Shown piece after piece: positions 24,003 through 35,904 of a stretch of DNA of 47,175 bases; within the stretch, counting starts at the first letter, position 1, and each line of letters starts with the position of its first letter. The stretch covers positions 40,114,857 through 40,162,031 of the forward strand of contig NC_068985.1 of assembly GCF_001194135.2 (NCBI RefSeq), given 5' to 3'. Both the position numbers and the translations under genes were made by a program. The DNA comes from Octopus bimaculoides (Eukaryota). The notes below the pieces were generated by a model, which was given only the letters and a program-made list of their open reading frames with translations, ran no database searches and was not told the origin of the DNA.

Positions 24003-26860
24003 CTGTAAAGTGGTTAACATCCAAACACAGAAGTCATGCCATTAAGAACAGAATGTATGAACAAGGTAGACTGCACAAGCCACACCATTTAGCAGAGAAA
24101 TAACTCTATGTAAGAACATACAGAGAAGATGGGACTTTTAGTTTTGAATGGGAAAATGCCTTCAAAGTTGATGAGATGATAAAATGCACCCAGTTCACAC
24201 AATAAGATATACACAACAGCTGGGTTTGCTTTGTGTCAAATGATGAGGGCCATGATGGACATGACTCATCTAACTTGTGTCGGCATGTAAAAATAATGGA
24301 TGCAAAATGACAACTGTGATGATGCTTAAAGAATGTACATAAAGTATCAGTCAATTACAAGAGTACTCTCCCTGTAAAAACATCAGAAAGTTTGCCTTCC
24401 TAATGCCAACCACTACACTCTATAGGTGTTAGGAAGGGCATCCAGCTGTAGAAACTGCTAAAACAGACAGTCGAGCCTGGTAGAACTCTCATCATGGTCA
24501 GCTACTGTCAAACCATCCAACTTGTGCCAGTATGGAAAGTAGACATTAAATTACGATGATGATGATGATTCACAATCATGTGGTTCTAGGTTTAACCCCT
24601 TGATTCCACCTTAAGAAAGTGGATTCTACCTGAGGCCTGGGTTCACTAACACCTTGTTAGTATAGTTTTGTAGACAAAAACTGTGTTGCAGTCCATTGTG
24701 TATGCGCACGTGTGTGTGTGGGTGTGTCTTTTGTTTTATACTGGCAAATGCTGTAAAACTAGTGCTCTTGAATGTCCACCAAATTTACAGTTCTCTCATT
24801 ACTCTCACAATCAGAGATGCAATGAACCAGTGACTGGAAGCTACTGGAAGCTATTCATCACTAAAATGCAGTATAAAAATAAAAACAATATTTAGCAATG
24901 GTGCTTTATGGTCCTCCAGAAGAACCAAGGTTTTAACAGTTTGTCATAAAAAGAAAACTAAATGTCATAATTCAATGCAGCTCACTACAATGTTAGAAAT
25001 TCTATGCAGTAAAAAAGAGGAATCTATAACTGTTAGCTTTTTGACAGCTGATAACAACTAATTAGTCTTTTGAGAAGTGGAATGTAAATATTGATTCTTT
25101 ACTCAGTCATAAGATCATAAATTATAGTGGAGAAAAATAGAAATAGTATGGTATCCATATGTTTGTTCGTAGACATATATCTGTAACCTAACCAAAAGTG
25201 TCTCTCAAAGATTAGGTTCTCTCTTCAAGATGAGAAACTATTTCAGCTCTGAACACTGGCTGACACTATTGTTAAGTATGCCTGCTCCATACTGAAGTAC
25301 TCCTCACATAACTTGATATCAATGATGCAACACATCTTGGATTGCATCCCAATTATAAGCCATTTGAATGACTGATAAATTTCCATTCAACAACTTGCTA
25401 CAAACATGAATCTATTGCTGTGCTATAACTACTACTACTACTACTACTACAGTTTCTGTTCATATGAACAAGCAAGTTGCATACTATGTCATGCACTTAC
25501 TTTTCCACCTTTTATCCCATTCTCAAAAGCTTATACTAAACCCTTCATTCAAATGTTATTGCTGGAGCTTTGATCCCATGAAACTCCCTACCCTGCTCAT
25601 GATTCCCCTCCCTATATATATCACATCATGCAGGAATTTAAGCCAAACAGAAGCTGCATCACCCTCAGTGGTATGGGGAAGCCTTCACAAGAAACGGACA
25701 TTACTCCCCTCTCCTTTGACTAAATTATAAAACAAGAGTAGCAAAAATGAAGTGAATTGGTTTTGAAGTTTCTGTGGTTGGATGAACACTTTCACATAGT
25801 GCATCCTATCAACTTAACTCAAGAGTATGTTCTCAGGGTCACTGCAGTGGACAGAGCTAAGGCAGACAAAAATTTCACTACCAGCAGCTTACACTACAGG
25901 GGACAAGTTTCTGTAACAACAATTTTTAACTTAGGTGCAAAGCCACAAATTTAGAGGGAAGATACAGTGGATGAAATAGACTCTAGTACTTCACTGACCA
26001 CAGAAGGATGAAAGGCAAAGTTGACTTTAGTGGTATTTGTGCATACAACCAGCAGCCTATTGGACCTATTACTGCAATATGAAAAATAGTCTGATCCATA
26101 TCTTCTGATCTCACCTACACAATCCCTCTCAACATTTTACACAGACCCCCTACATAGACAGGATATTCCTGCACTTGGTTATTAACATATGGAGCAAGCA
26201 TATGGAAGTTGCAATTATAATCATTTCAGTTAATGAAATACAAATTTCAAAAAGTGCGCAAACATCTGTGACTTTCTCTCTTGTAACTGTAGTAAGCCAG
26301 TCAAACCCTTTGAGCTCAAATGCCAAATATCTAAATACATTTTATGAAAATGTTTTTGAAATTAGAAAGGTCAAGATATGAATCCCAGAATTGCAGAATT
26401 TTAACTTGAATAATCTGTCTTTATTTAATTTTGCATGTAGTTTGGGTGTTTGGCTCACAATCACAATGCCATGGGTTTGATTATTGAACCAGGCAGCATG
26501 TTGTGTCCTTAAGCAAAGTACTTATTTCAAATTTCTTTAGCCTACTCAGTTGTAAATGAGCACCAACCAGGTGTTGATGCATCTCTCTCCCTTTCTCCCT
26601 CCATCTGTCCATCTATTCATCCATCCGTCCCTCCCTCCACCTTCAACTCTCACATTCTGGATGTGCTGCTGGGCCAAATGTGAGGGGACTGAGAGGGTGT
26701 CTATGTCTGCTTACACCTACAGAGGTACCTAAAACAACTAGTGAGAACATAGTATGTGTTATAAGAGTCACACTTGCTCTTGAGTGATGGCTTATACTGT
26801 ACTGTACTTTTTTCATGCTGAATATGTGAGTTAAATAAATATCTGCTTCTCACTGCTTAC

Positions 26861-26871
26861 CACACCAAAAA
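26861..26871 (-). CDS. Candidate 11-nt microexon TTTTTGGTGTG (phase 1 to 0; VFGV)
   Basis: Branch-point-like ctaac, then ttgcatttcatatag acceptor with TGC; donor GTG|gtaagc. In phase with 27683-27698. Confidence 0.45.
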
Positions 26872-27682
26872 CTATATGAAATGCAACTGGGTTAGCTGAA
26901 ATTCTATTCCTTTGATTGTTAAACATGTAAGTTTTCTCTTGGAGTTTTAATCTACTAGCTGAATTGAAATTATATATATATTTAAACTCCTTATATAGAA
27001 ATGCTTCTTATTTGCTGTCTTTAAATTTTTGGCAGGAGAAAACACTGTTTTTGGTGTACATGCACCAGTTGCTTTGGAAAAGGCATAGAAAATAACTAAA
27101 AGGGTTTCTTTTCAAGGGATAATACCCTAATAAATCCAAAGATTTACTTTTGGGATTAAGACTTGCCAGTGCAGATATTTTCTAGCATTAGCAGAAGCTC
27201 CCAAACTGGGAGGTGTATAGTCAATTAGACAGAACTCAGTACATAACTAGTATTAGAGAGCCTCTACACAGGCAACTGACCTGTGAGAAATAGCAGCACC
27301 CAAAATATTCTTCAAATCACACCATAGTACTTCTTTTTTCCAAAGTAAGAAACAACCTATTGGATATTGTGTTGCTGGTTGCACTGTACATAGAGAAAAG
27401 ACAGGATGGTTGTAACTAAAATGCCTTTGATTATAGTTCTGCTCAATCAGGACTAATTTAGGGGTAAACAACAATAACACCAGAAGCATTAAAGGTAAAA
27501 TTGATAACAGTAGAACTTGGAATCAAAACGCATAATACAACAGTCTGTTGAGAATTTTTTTGTTTGTCTAATGCCCTACTAACTTTGCCATCCATCTAAT
27601 AATAATAATAGTAATTGTATCCTTTCTCTTTAAGGTGTGTGAAACTCCTTTTTAGAGTATTGGTTGAATAGATAAATCATAC

Positions 27683-27698
27683 CTTGCAGGGCCCTTAT
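27683..27698 (-). CDS. Candidate 16-nt microexon ATAAGGGCCCTGCAAG (phase 0 to 1; IRALQ)
   Basis: Acceptor atgctttttgtatcag, donor AAG|gtatga. In phase with 28200-28234. Confidence 0.5.
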
Positions 27699-28199
27699 CT
27701 GATACAAAAAGCATTTAGCAGCCTCCGAAATGAGACAAGATGGAAAGAGAAGATGGTTTCTACACATTTTTACAAGGGGGAAGGGTTAGTTAAATGGATA
27801 AGCATAATAACCAAACTATGGATGGATGGAAGATAATATGTTAGACCCTAAATTGCCAGAGGGTCCTTCCAGTCAACTACATTTGGCTGAGTCAGAGATA
27901 TTCTAGATAATTGTTTTATGTGTGTGTATGTAAACCACACACACACACACACATAATATATATGCTGGAGTATCAAAAATGTTTCCATCATTATATATTT
28001 GCTTGTGTATTTGATAAGTGTCACACCTAAACAGTTTGCACTGAAAAGCCCCCTCTCAGAAAGTGGGGGGACGTAATATTTTGCAATATATAACCTCAAG
28101 ATTAGAACATCTGTCTATGTGATGAGTGGGTAGTGTATTTTAAAGAAATGTCAAGTATCATTTCATTTTGAGGCATCCCACTCCTAAACCTTCACTCAC

Positions 28200-28234
28200 C
28201 CATATTAGTTGGATTTCTTTTACCTTATTTTGTA
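28200..28234 (-). CDS. Candidate 35-nt exon (phase 1 to 0; xQNKVKEIQLIW) with an in-frame alternative donor giving 11 nt
   Basis: Acceptor ctctcatttctcacacag, donors TGG|gtgagt and AAG|gtaaaa 24 nt apart. Only one frame is open across 35 nt. Confidence 0.5.
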
Positions 28235-28766
28235 CTGTGTGAGAAATGAGAGTTGTTATTATTATAAACAGAAGTTTCCTAATTTGAAAAGAGATGAAAA
28301 TGAGTGGGAGTGCGAGTGAGAGACTGAGAGAAAATTTGAATTCTTGAAAAGTTGATTTTATATGGGAACAAATGGTAGTGTGCGAAAGAGAGAGACAATT
28401 GGTAGGGTGTTACGACAAAGTACAGAGTGATCTTCGGTTATGTCCTTTTTACATCTTGAGACTATATACTCTTAAAGCCAGGTGCTCCAGCATAGCCACA
28501 GTCCATTGACTGAAAACAGTAGACAAATAAAAGAGAAAAAAATAGATGGCAAAACTTTTTGTTGCTGGTAGGTAGGTAGTATGTAGAATGTTTGAGAGGG
28601 AACAGAGCCCCACCCAATAAGAAAAAGAAATGGACAAAACAATAAACAATAAAAGATGGGAAGAAGAAGCAGGGAGTAATGTTGAGCAGGTACAGAAAGC
28701 AGCTGGAAATGTTTAAGAAAAGTGTCTTATGTGGTGTGACAACACAAGTGACAAAACTGAAGATAT

Positions 28767-28806
<40 letters not shown>

Positions 28807-29069
28807 CATTAANNNNNNNNNNNNNNNNNNNNNNNNNNNNNNNNNNNNNNNNNNNNNNNNNNNNNNNNNNNNNNNNNNNNNNNNNNNNNNNNNNNNNNNN
28901 NNNNNNNNNNNNNNNNNNNNNNNNNNNNNNNNGAAAAATAAAAAAATTAACCAAGGAAAGTAGTTACTCATATCAGACGCCAAGAGTACCAGTCTCTTGT
29001 ATATAAACTTTAGTTCTTCAATGTCTTTGAAAGATTCTAAAAGTACCAAGAACTGCTGCTACCATTTAA

Positions 29070-29252
29070 CTCTTTAGCATTTAAAATGGCCATATCTGGC
29101 CCAAATATTCTACCCTCTTTATGTTCAAAGTGGTTAAATCTAGCCTCTCACACCTATCTGACAATGTCATTCTTAAAATAAACAATGATGAACTCAAAAG
29201 AATGCGAACAAATATTTATTACATTTGACAGAATAATCTGAATGCTAAAGGG
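29070..29252. mobile_element. piggyBac-type MITE with TTAA target-site duplication
   Basis: TTAA (29066-29069) | CTCTTTAGCATTTA ... TGAATGCTAAAGGG | TTAA (29253-29256). The terminal inverted repeats match at 12/14 nt; TTAA TSD with CCC/GGG-type ends is the piggyBac hallmark. Confidence 0.75.
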
Positions 29253-29814
29253 TTAAGATGATAAAATAACAAAATGAATAAACAAATAAAAGATTATAAT
29301 TATTTGGCTAAATTGCAATGCATTTGCAGAATTGATAGTGTGATGAAGAAAATACTTTGTGGTACTTAGTCACGTAACTGCATTCTGAGATAAAAACACA
29401 CCCAGGTCAACTTTACTTATCTTTCCAGGGTTGATAATATAATGCGCCAGTTAAGATGGATATAACTGCCCATAGCCCTCCCCCAAGAAAAGTGAAACAT
29501 TGTACCTGTTAGAAATCATTGTTAGAAAGAATAATGATTGATTGATTGATTGATTGATTGATGTAATGGCGGAGTCATTAGAAAGTTGGACAAAATACCA
29601 CATGGTAGATGTTCTAGTTCATTAAATTCTGTGTTCGAATCCTTCTAAGATAAATTTCACTTTTCATTATTCTAGAGTTGATAAGTGGATGGGTTAGTCA
29701 ATGGTATTGACTCACCCATCATCTTGAAATTGTTGGCCTTGTGTTTCAATTAGAAACTTTTTTCCTCTCTAATTGAGTGAAAACATCACAATAACATTTT
29801 CTTTCAGCATTTAC

Positions 29815-29863
29815 AGAAAGTGTTCAAAAAGAGCTTTGCAACTTTGAAATTGGCGGTCAAATA
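29815..29863 (-). CDS. Candidate 49-nt exon (phase 0 to 1; YLTANFKVAKLFLNTF), or 72 nt to 29886 in another frame
   Basis: Acceptor tgtaaactttcag (alternative ctactcctttag); weak donor TCT|gtaaat. In phase with both neighbouring candidates. Confidence 0.4.
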
Positions 29864-30093
29864 CTGAAAGTTTACAGTACATCAACCTAAAGGAGTAGCC
29901 ATCATATATAAAGCTAGTAACCCCAATCTTTGTTTGTTAGGTGTGGTTATAAAGATACAGCTATGTGCATGCAAATGATCTGGTTTCAATTTCAGTTGAA
30001 TGGGAGTCAACCTTGCTGGAACAGTGAAAACAATAGCATTAGAAACAATTCAATGGTAGAAAAGAAATGACTATTTAATTATTCTCTCTTTAC

Positions 30094-30119
30094 CTGTCTA
30101 CTTGCTTCTCTCATTCGAT
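30094..30119 (-). CDS. Candidate 26-nt microexon (phase 1 to 0; DRMREASRQ)
   Basis: Acceptor ttgttatttgttcattaag, donor CAG|gtaaag. Only one frame is open. Confidence 0.45.
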
Positions 30120-30997
30120 CTTAATGAACAAATAACAATCTATATGTCAGAGAACATTGATTAACAAGTATTAATTGAACATGTTTTATCCTATTGATGT
30201 GATGGTGAAGAGCATAGGATATCAAAGAAAACAAGAAAACAAGTAATTTCTCTTTCCATGTTATACAAATACCATCAAATTGGAAAAGGAAATGTTTCTA
30301 ACATTGGTACAAGTTTTGAAATTAAGGTGGTGGTGGTGGTGGTGGTGGTAAATCAATCAAATCAGCCTGAGTACTTGACTAGTCCTTTATTTTACTGACC
30401 CCAAAGAAATGAAAAGCCAAGTTGCTCTCAGAGGGATTTGAACTCAGAACATAAAGAAATGTAACAAAATACTATAGAATAATTCCTTCTAACTTTAGGA
30501 GGCCAGATATTTTAAGAGGAGGTGGCAAGTTGATAACATCAATCCCATTACTTGATTGGTACATTATTTTATTGACTCTGAAAGGATGAAAGGCAAAATT
30601 GACCTTGGTGGGATTTGAACTCAGAACGTAGCAACGGGATGAAACCAATAAAAGATAAATAAATAAATTTTAAAATGGGAGAAATGCTGCTACACATTTT
30701 GTCTGGTGCTCTAATGATTCTACCAGCTCACTGCCTTAAATAATATAGAATACTAACAACTAATATGTATTCACATTGGATCAAAACGAGAGTGCACTTA
30801 AACATACTCACAAAAAGGCTAAGAAAGAGTTTGGTTGAATATTTAAATGAAATTTCATCCAGTATTGAATAATTAATATCAAATTCCCACAGGAGGTATT
30901 CAGATACATTCTAACCCAGTTTTGCCTCATGTAACATGAATAAAAAAATAAGTAAATAAAAACAATGTAAATAAATAAATGAATCAATAAAATTCAC

Positions 30998-31014
30998 CAT
31001 TTGGTAAAAAAAGG
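30998..31014 (-). CDS. Candidate 17-nt microexon (phase 2 to 1; LFLPN)
   Basis: Acceptor tttgcccttttaacag, donor ATG|gtgaat. Confidence 0.35.
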
Positions 31015-31288
31015 CTGTTAAAAGGGCAAATTTTACCTTTATTTACACAAATTAATGAGATATCTTATTTCTTAAGGTTTCTTCTTTTTCCCTTCTTATA
31101 CTCCAACAAACATGTATCCACATACATATATACAAATAGAAATACACAGTATACTAAGATAGTCAATAGGTGCTGTTAGCAGGGCATCTGTCCCATGCTA
31201 GTCTGGCAGTGTTTGGGCTGCTCCTGCAGGTGGTGAATATGATCAACATTAAACAAGTAATCTTGTTCCCAAAGAAAATTAGGTAGGC

Positions 31289-31290
<2 letters not shown>

Positions 31291-31362
<72 letters not shown>
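31291..31362. repeat. (GT)n microsatellite
   Basis: Uninterrupted GT run, one of dozens in the window. Others include (TA)n at 1768-1822, 35538-35587 and 43766-43810, (GA)n/(GT)n at 35764-35902, and (ACT)n near 41500-41535. Confidence 0.98.
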
Positions 31363-31374
<12 letters not shown>

Positions 31375-32691
31375 CCTTTGTCTATCTTTGGCATCTATAT
31401 GTCATGTGGGGTCATGGATCTGCACCTGGAAAGGCTTGCATTGATCTGTGTTGCTAGAGCAAGGTAAAATGATAGTGGGTTGTATGAAAGACCAATAATT
31501 GCCAATGCAACGGGTCTCCCTTCTCCATGCTACTGATGATTTTCATGAAGGGAAGACAAGTACCAATACAGTTTGGCATTGGTGTCATTACAAGAGATGT
31601 CAAAACAAAGTTGACAATATGAGACTAGCTCAGGAACTTTGGCTTTTGATTTATAGTCACATAGATAGACCACAGTAATTTATAGTTAGTGGGAAAAAAT
31701 CAAAGCTGACTTAGTGGGGTTTAAATGCAAAACTCAGAGTTGGAACATGTACAGCTAAGTATTTTGGTACATATTCTTTACACTCAAAATTCAAAATTCA
31801 TGAAGGTCAAATTTTCTTTCCTATCCTTCCAGGACTGATAAAAGAAAAAGAAAATCAAGACTTGTACCAAACAAGTGCAGGCATACCTCAGTTTGCCTCT
31901 TTTTGAGTGATGTCATTTCTGATTTTATATCATTTTCAATGAATTTAATGGAAAAAAAGAAACTGCAGCTTCAGTCAATTTATTTGAATTTACATCAGGC
32001 TCAGTAAAAATATTTAGAAGAATAAAATAAACAACTAAAAACCAATAACGAAGAGGAAAATCAAATACAACACATGTTAGAATATGCATAAAGCATTTAT
32101 TAAAACAGATATGAGCTGATAAATGTTTTTCATATTACTTCATTTTTTCGAATTATACTGCATGTCTTGGGACCAGTTACAAACATAAGTTGAAGCATGC
32201 CTGTACTAGGATCAAATTAATATGTGCATATATATATTATACTGGCTCTCTGTTGGTTATGACAATGAGTCTTCCAGTTGATCTGATCAACAGAACAGCC
32301 TGCTCTTGAAATTAACATGGAAGTGGCTGAGCGCTCCACAAATATGCATACCCTTAATGTAGTTCTCATGGAGATCTAGTATGACAGATTGTGACAAGGC
32401 TGACCCTTTGAATTACAGGAGCAACTCATTTCTGCTAGCTGGAACCACTTGAAATAAAGTGTCTTGCTCAAGGGCACAATGCCCTGTTAGGAATTGAACT
32501 CACAACCTGACAATCGTAAGCTGAATGCACTAACTTCTAAGCCACATGCCTTCATGACATATATGACATATATACATGTGTATATGTTAAACTAAAGATA
32601 TAACTACGCTTAAATTTGATTTTTTTCTTTTTGTTAAGGAGTTTTTATACTTCCTTCCTTATAAGTTTATTTGTTTAGTTTGGAATCTGGA

Positions 32692-33680
32692 GTTTATCAT
32701 AGTCCTTCAGGCAATAATGGAGGAATTCAAGACAGGATGCCCCTGGGTGCTCCTCTGTGCCAATGACCTTGCTCTTAAGTTAGAGACAAAGTTCCAGGTA
32801 TGGAAAAAATGTCTAGAATCAAAGGGCCTTAGAGTTAACCTAGCAAAAACCAAAGTCATAGTAAGTAGAAATGCAGACATATCACAAATCCCCTCAGGTG
32901 GATGGCCCTGCTCAATCTATAGAAAAGGTGTAGGCAGAAACTCCATAAGATGCACCCAGTGTAAGCTTTGGACACACAAAAAGTGCAGCAATAAAGGAAG
33001 CTTAACAGAGAAACTAACTTTTGTATGTGGAAGGTGCACAGGCATAATAAATGGTGAACATGCGTGAGAAATAGACTCCATCAACTACCAGGGTGGCAAG
33101 CTAGAGGTAGTAGATAGCTTCTGGTATTTAGGCAACCAGGTTAGTAGTGGCGTTGGTTGTTTCTAGAGCGGAGCTGTGAGAATAAGATTAGGCTGGGTAA
33201 AGTTCAGAGAGCTCCTACCTAAATTGACAACAAAGGGCCTCTCTCTCAGAGTGAAAGGTAGATTGTTTGATGCCTGTAGGTGAACATCTATACTGCATGG
33301 CAATGAAACATGGGCTATGACAGCTGAGGACATGCATAGATTTGAGAGAAATGAAGCCAGTATGCTTCGCTGGATGTGCAATGTTAGTGTGCATGTTCAA
33401 CAGAGTGTAAGCATCTTGAGAGAAAAGTTAGGTATAAGAGGCATCAGATGTGGTGTGCAAGAGAGACGACTGTGCTGGTGTGGTCATGTGATGTGTATGG
33501 ATGAGGACAGTTGCGTAAAGAAGTGCTGACCTCTAACTATGGAGAGGACCTGTGGTAGAGGTAGACCCAGGAAGACATGGGACGAGGCGGTGAAGCATGA
33601 CTTTGAACTTTGAACCTCACAGAGGCAATGACTAGGGACCAAGACCTTTGGTGATGTGCTCTGCTTAACAGGACCCATGA
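32692..33680 (+). mobile_element. 5'-truncated, frameshifted RTE-clade LINE (RT motif C onward to ORF end)
   Basis: CPWVLLCANDL (decayed CPWELLYADDL), GLRVNLAKTK, a Cys/His cluster, then LEVVDSF.YLG, FRELLP.LT.KGLSLRVKGRLFDAC, MLRWMCNVS, VQERRL.W.GHV, GRGRPRKTW. The 3' part aligns by eye with 455-750. Confidence 0.92.
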
Positions 33681-33723
33681 AGCCAAGTGCACCTGTGCTG
33701 GTGGCACGTAAAAAGCAAATCAA

Positions 33724-34000
33724 CCTTTGAATGTTGGGCCTCACGGAGGCAAAAAGGCTGAGTACCTTTCAAGTGTTGGGCGTGATGGAGCAAAGCGACT
33801 GAGTTTCTTTCAAATGTTGGGCCTCCTGGAGGCAAAGTGGCTGAGTTCCTTTTGAGCATTGGGCCTCATGGAGGCAAAGTGGCTGAACTCCTTTCAAGTG
33901 TTGGGCCTCACGGAGGCAAGTGGCTGAACTCCTTTCGAGTGTTGGGCCTCACGGAGGCAAAGTGGCTGAACTGCTTTCGAGTGTTGGGCCTCACGGAGGC
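33724..34000 (+). repeat. Tandem array of 7 units of about 41-42 bp in the RTE 3' region
   Basis: Unit consensus approx. CCTTTCGAGTGTTGGGCCTCACGGAGGCAAAGTGGCTGAACT, head-to-tail with no spacers. Confidence 0.9.
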
Positions 34001-34099
34001 AATGACCAAAACCTTTGGCATTATGTCATGCTTGAGAAGACCCTTCAAACTGAGCAAAATCATGGTCATGGCAGATAGTGGTGTTACACAAATGGCATC

Positions 34100-34295
34100 C
34101 ATGCTGGTGGCATGTAAAAGCACCCATTACACTCTCAGATTGGTTGACATTAGGAAGGGCATCTAGCAATAGAAAACCATGCCAAATCAGACTGGATCCT
34201 GACGCAGCCTTCCAGCATGTCAGCCCAGTCAAACCATCCAACCTATGCCAGCATGGACAACAAATGTTAAATGATGATGATGATGATGACGATGA
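34100..34295 (+). mobile_element. RTE 3' tail ending in (GAT)n; also dispersed as short copies
   Basis: GGTGGCATGTAAAAGCACCC...AGGAAGGGCATC...AAACCATCCAACCTATGCCAGCATGG...GTTAAATGATGATGATG. Related short copies at about 24405-24570, 35285-35395, 14143-14260 (-), 39350-39440 (-), 45000-45170 (-) and 46320-46420 (-). Confidence 0.8.
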
Positions 34296-34413
34296 ATATT
34301 GATTTTCCCATAAATGTCTCAAGACTTCCACTATATCACCAATATAATAAAGTGATGGTAAAAATGTGGTTCACACACCTTGCAATAGGTGAGAAAGGAT
34401 CATGGGAATATAT

Positions 34414-34457
<44 letters not shown>

Positions 34458-35544
34458 TGTGAATTTATATGTAAAATGCCTATTTACTTTTCAGTTATAA
34501 ACTTTTTGTGTGTTTAAAAATTAAATACTTTAATAAAAACAAGAAAACCTCGTTAAAACTGAAGTGGGTTGAGTGTAGATTTACAAGAAACAAAATACAT
34601 TGCAAAAGTTTCTACTTAATATAGCTAAGAGAGTTGGGGGAGGGCAAGTAAAGTAGATAGGTACCCCAGGTTACTGACAGTAGAGGATAAATCACAGAAA
34701 ATTACAGAATTTACTTGTTGTTGTGTACACTTATGATATATCAATTCTCAGTTTCTCTCTCTCTCCCATATACACACACAACAACACAGAAATGGCTGAA
34801 TGTTTAAGAAGTTCACTTCACTGTCACAGACTTCTTGGATTCGATCCACTGCATGACATCTTTTACTCAAGCCTTCTAAGTGAAATAAGGTAGACAGAAA
34901 CTATTTGAAAGCTTGTTTAATGAATTAAACCTGTAATTCAAAGGCCTGCCTTCTTACATTTTCACACTGATTCTCTCAGAAAATTATGTCATAGGTACAA
35001 TGTCTCTGTGAAGTACTCAGTCCTTCACACTCTAATTCAATGGATAGGCCATTCATTTTATCAGAAAATTGGAACAGTCATTGTCAAAATTGACTATATA
35101 TATATATATATATTGTCTGAGAGACTGTAAGTTAGGAAAATATGGACTTGTATAACTGTTATAACTGTCAGAAGAGCGGGTATATTATCCAAAGAGTACA
35201 GTATTATATATATTGATTACAGCCAATCTTACCAATTGGTTTTGCACCAGGGATTCAAAGGATTGTTACCTAATGCTCCATTGAATACCATGCCAAATCA
35301 GACTGGAGTCTAATACAGCCTTTCAGCCCTGGTCAAACCATTCAAAGTATGCCAGCATGGACAATGGACGTTAAATGATGATGATGATGATGATGATATA
35401 AACAAACACATGTTCCAATTTAGATCCAACATATTCAATATGATAGCAAGGAAAGAATACTTCTATTTTTATCATTTTTGAGAATATAAATATGTGCTTG
35501 CATATACATATATATAATCAAAGCCAGGAACTTTTCAGCACCCC

Positions 35545-35590
<46 letters not shown>

Positions 35591-35595
35591 CATAT

Positions 35596-35745
35596 CTGTG
35601 TGGTAAGCAGTTTGCCTTTGAACCATATGGCTTTGGGTTCAGTGCCAATGTATGGCGCCTTGGGCAAGTACCTTTCACTATAGCCCTAGGCTGACCAAAA
35701 CCTTGTGAGTGGATTTGGTAGGCAGAAACTGAAAGAAGCCCATCA
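35596..35745 (+). mobile_element. SINE family 1 copy
   Basis: Colinear with 13824-14005 (TGTGTGGTAAG...GGGTTCAGTGCC...CCTTGGGCAAGT...GAAACTGAAAGAAGCCC). Confidence 0.75.
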
Positions 35746-35797
35746 TGTGTGTATGCATATATGTGAGAGAGAGAGAGAAAGAGAGAGAATGAGAGAG

Positions 35798-35831
<34 letters not shown>

Positions 35832-35853
35832 ATGAGAGAGGAGAGAGAGAGAG

Positions 35854-35904
<51 letters not shown>

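Noticed and set aside
24986-25001. 16-nt candidate with strong acceptor cctcttttttactgcatag
   Set aside because: Stop codon in the phase-0 frame required after 26861-26871; no bridging exon found.
28968-29036. 69-nt candidate exon (SFKDIEELKFIYKRLVLLASDM)
   Set aside because: Protein-like and in phase with 28200-28234, but the donor is weak (GA|gtaact) and joining it after 29815-29863 creates TAA. Left out of the model, though not excluded.
33724-34000. CRISPR-like appearance of the 41-bp array
   Set aside because: Units are head-to-tail with no unique spacers, no cas genes are present, and the array lies within a eukaryotic LINE 3' end.
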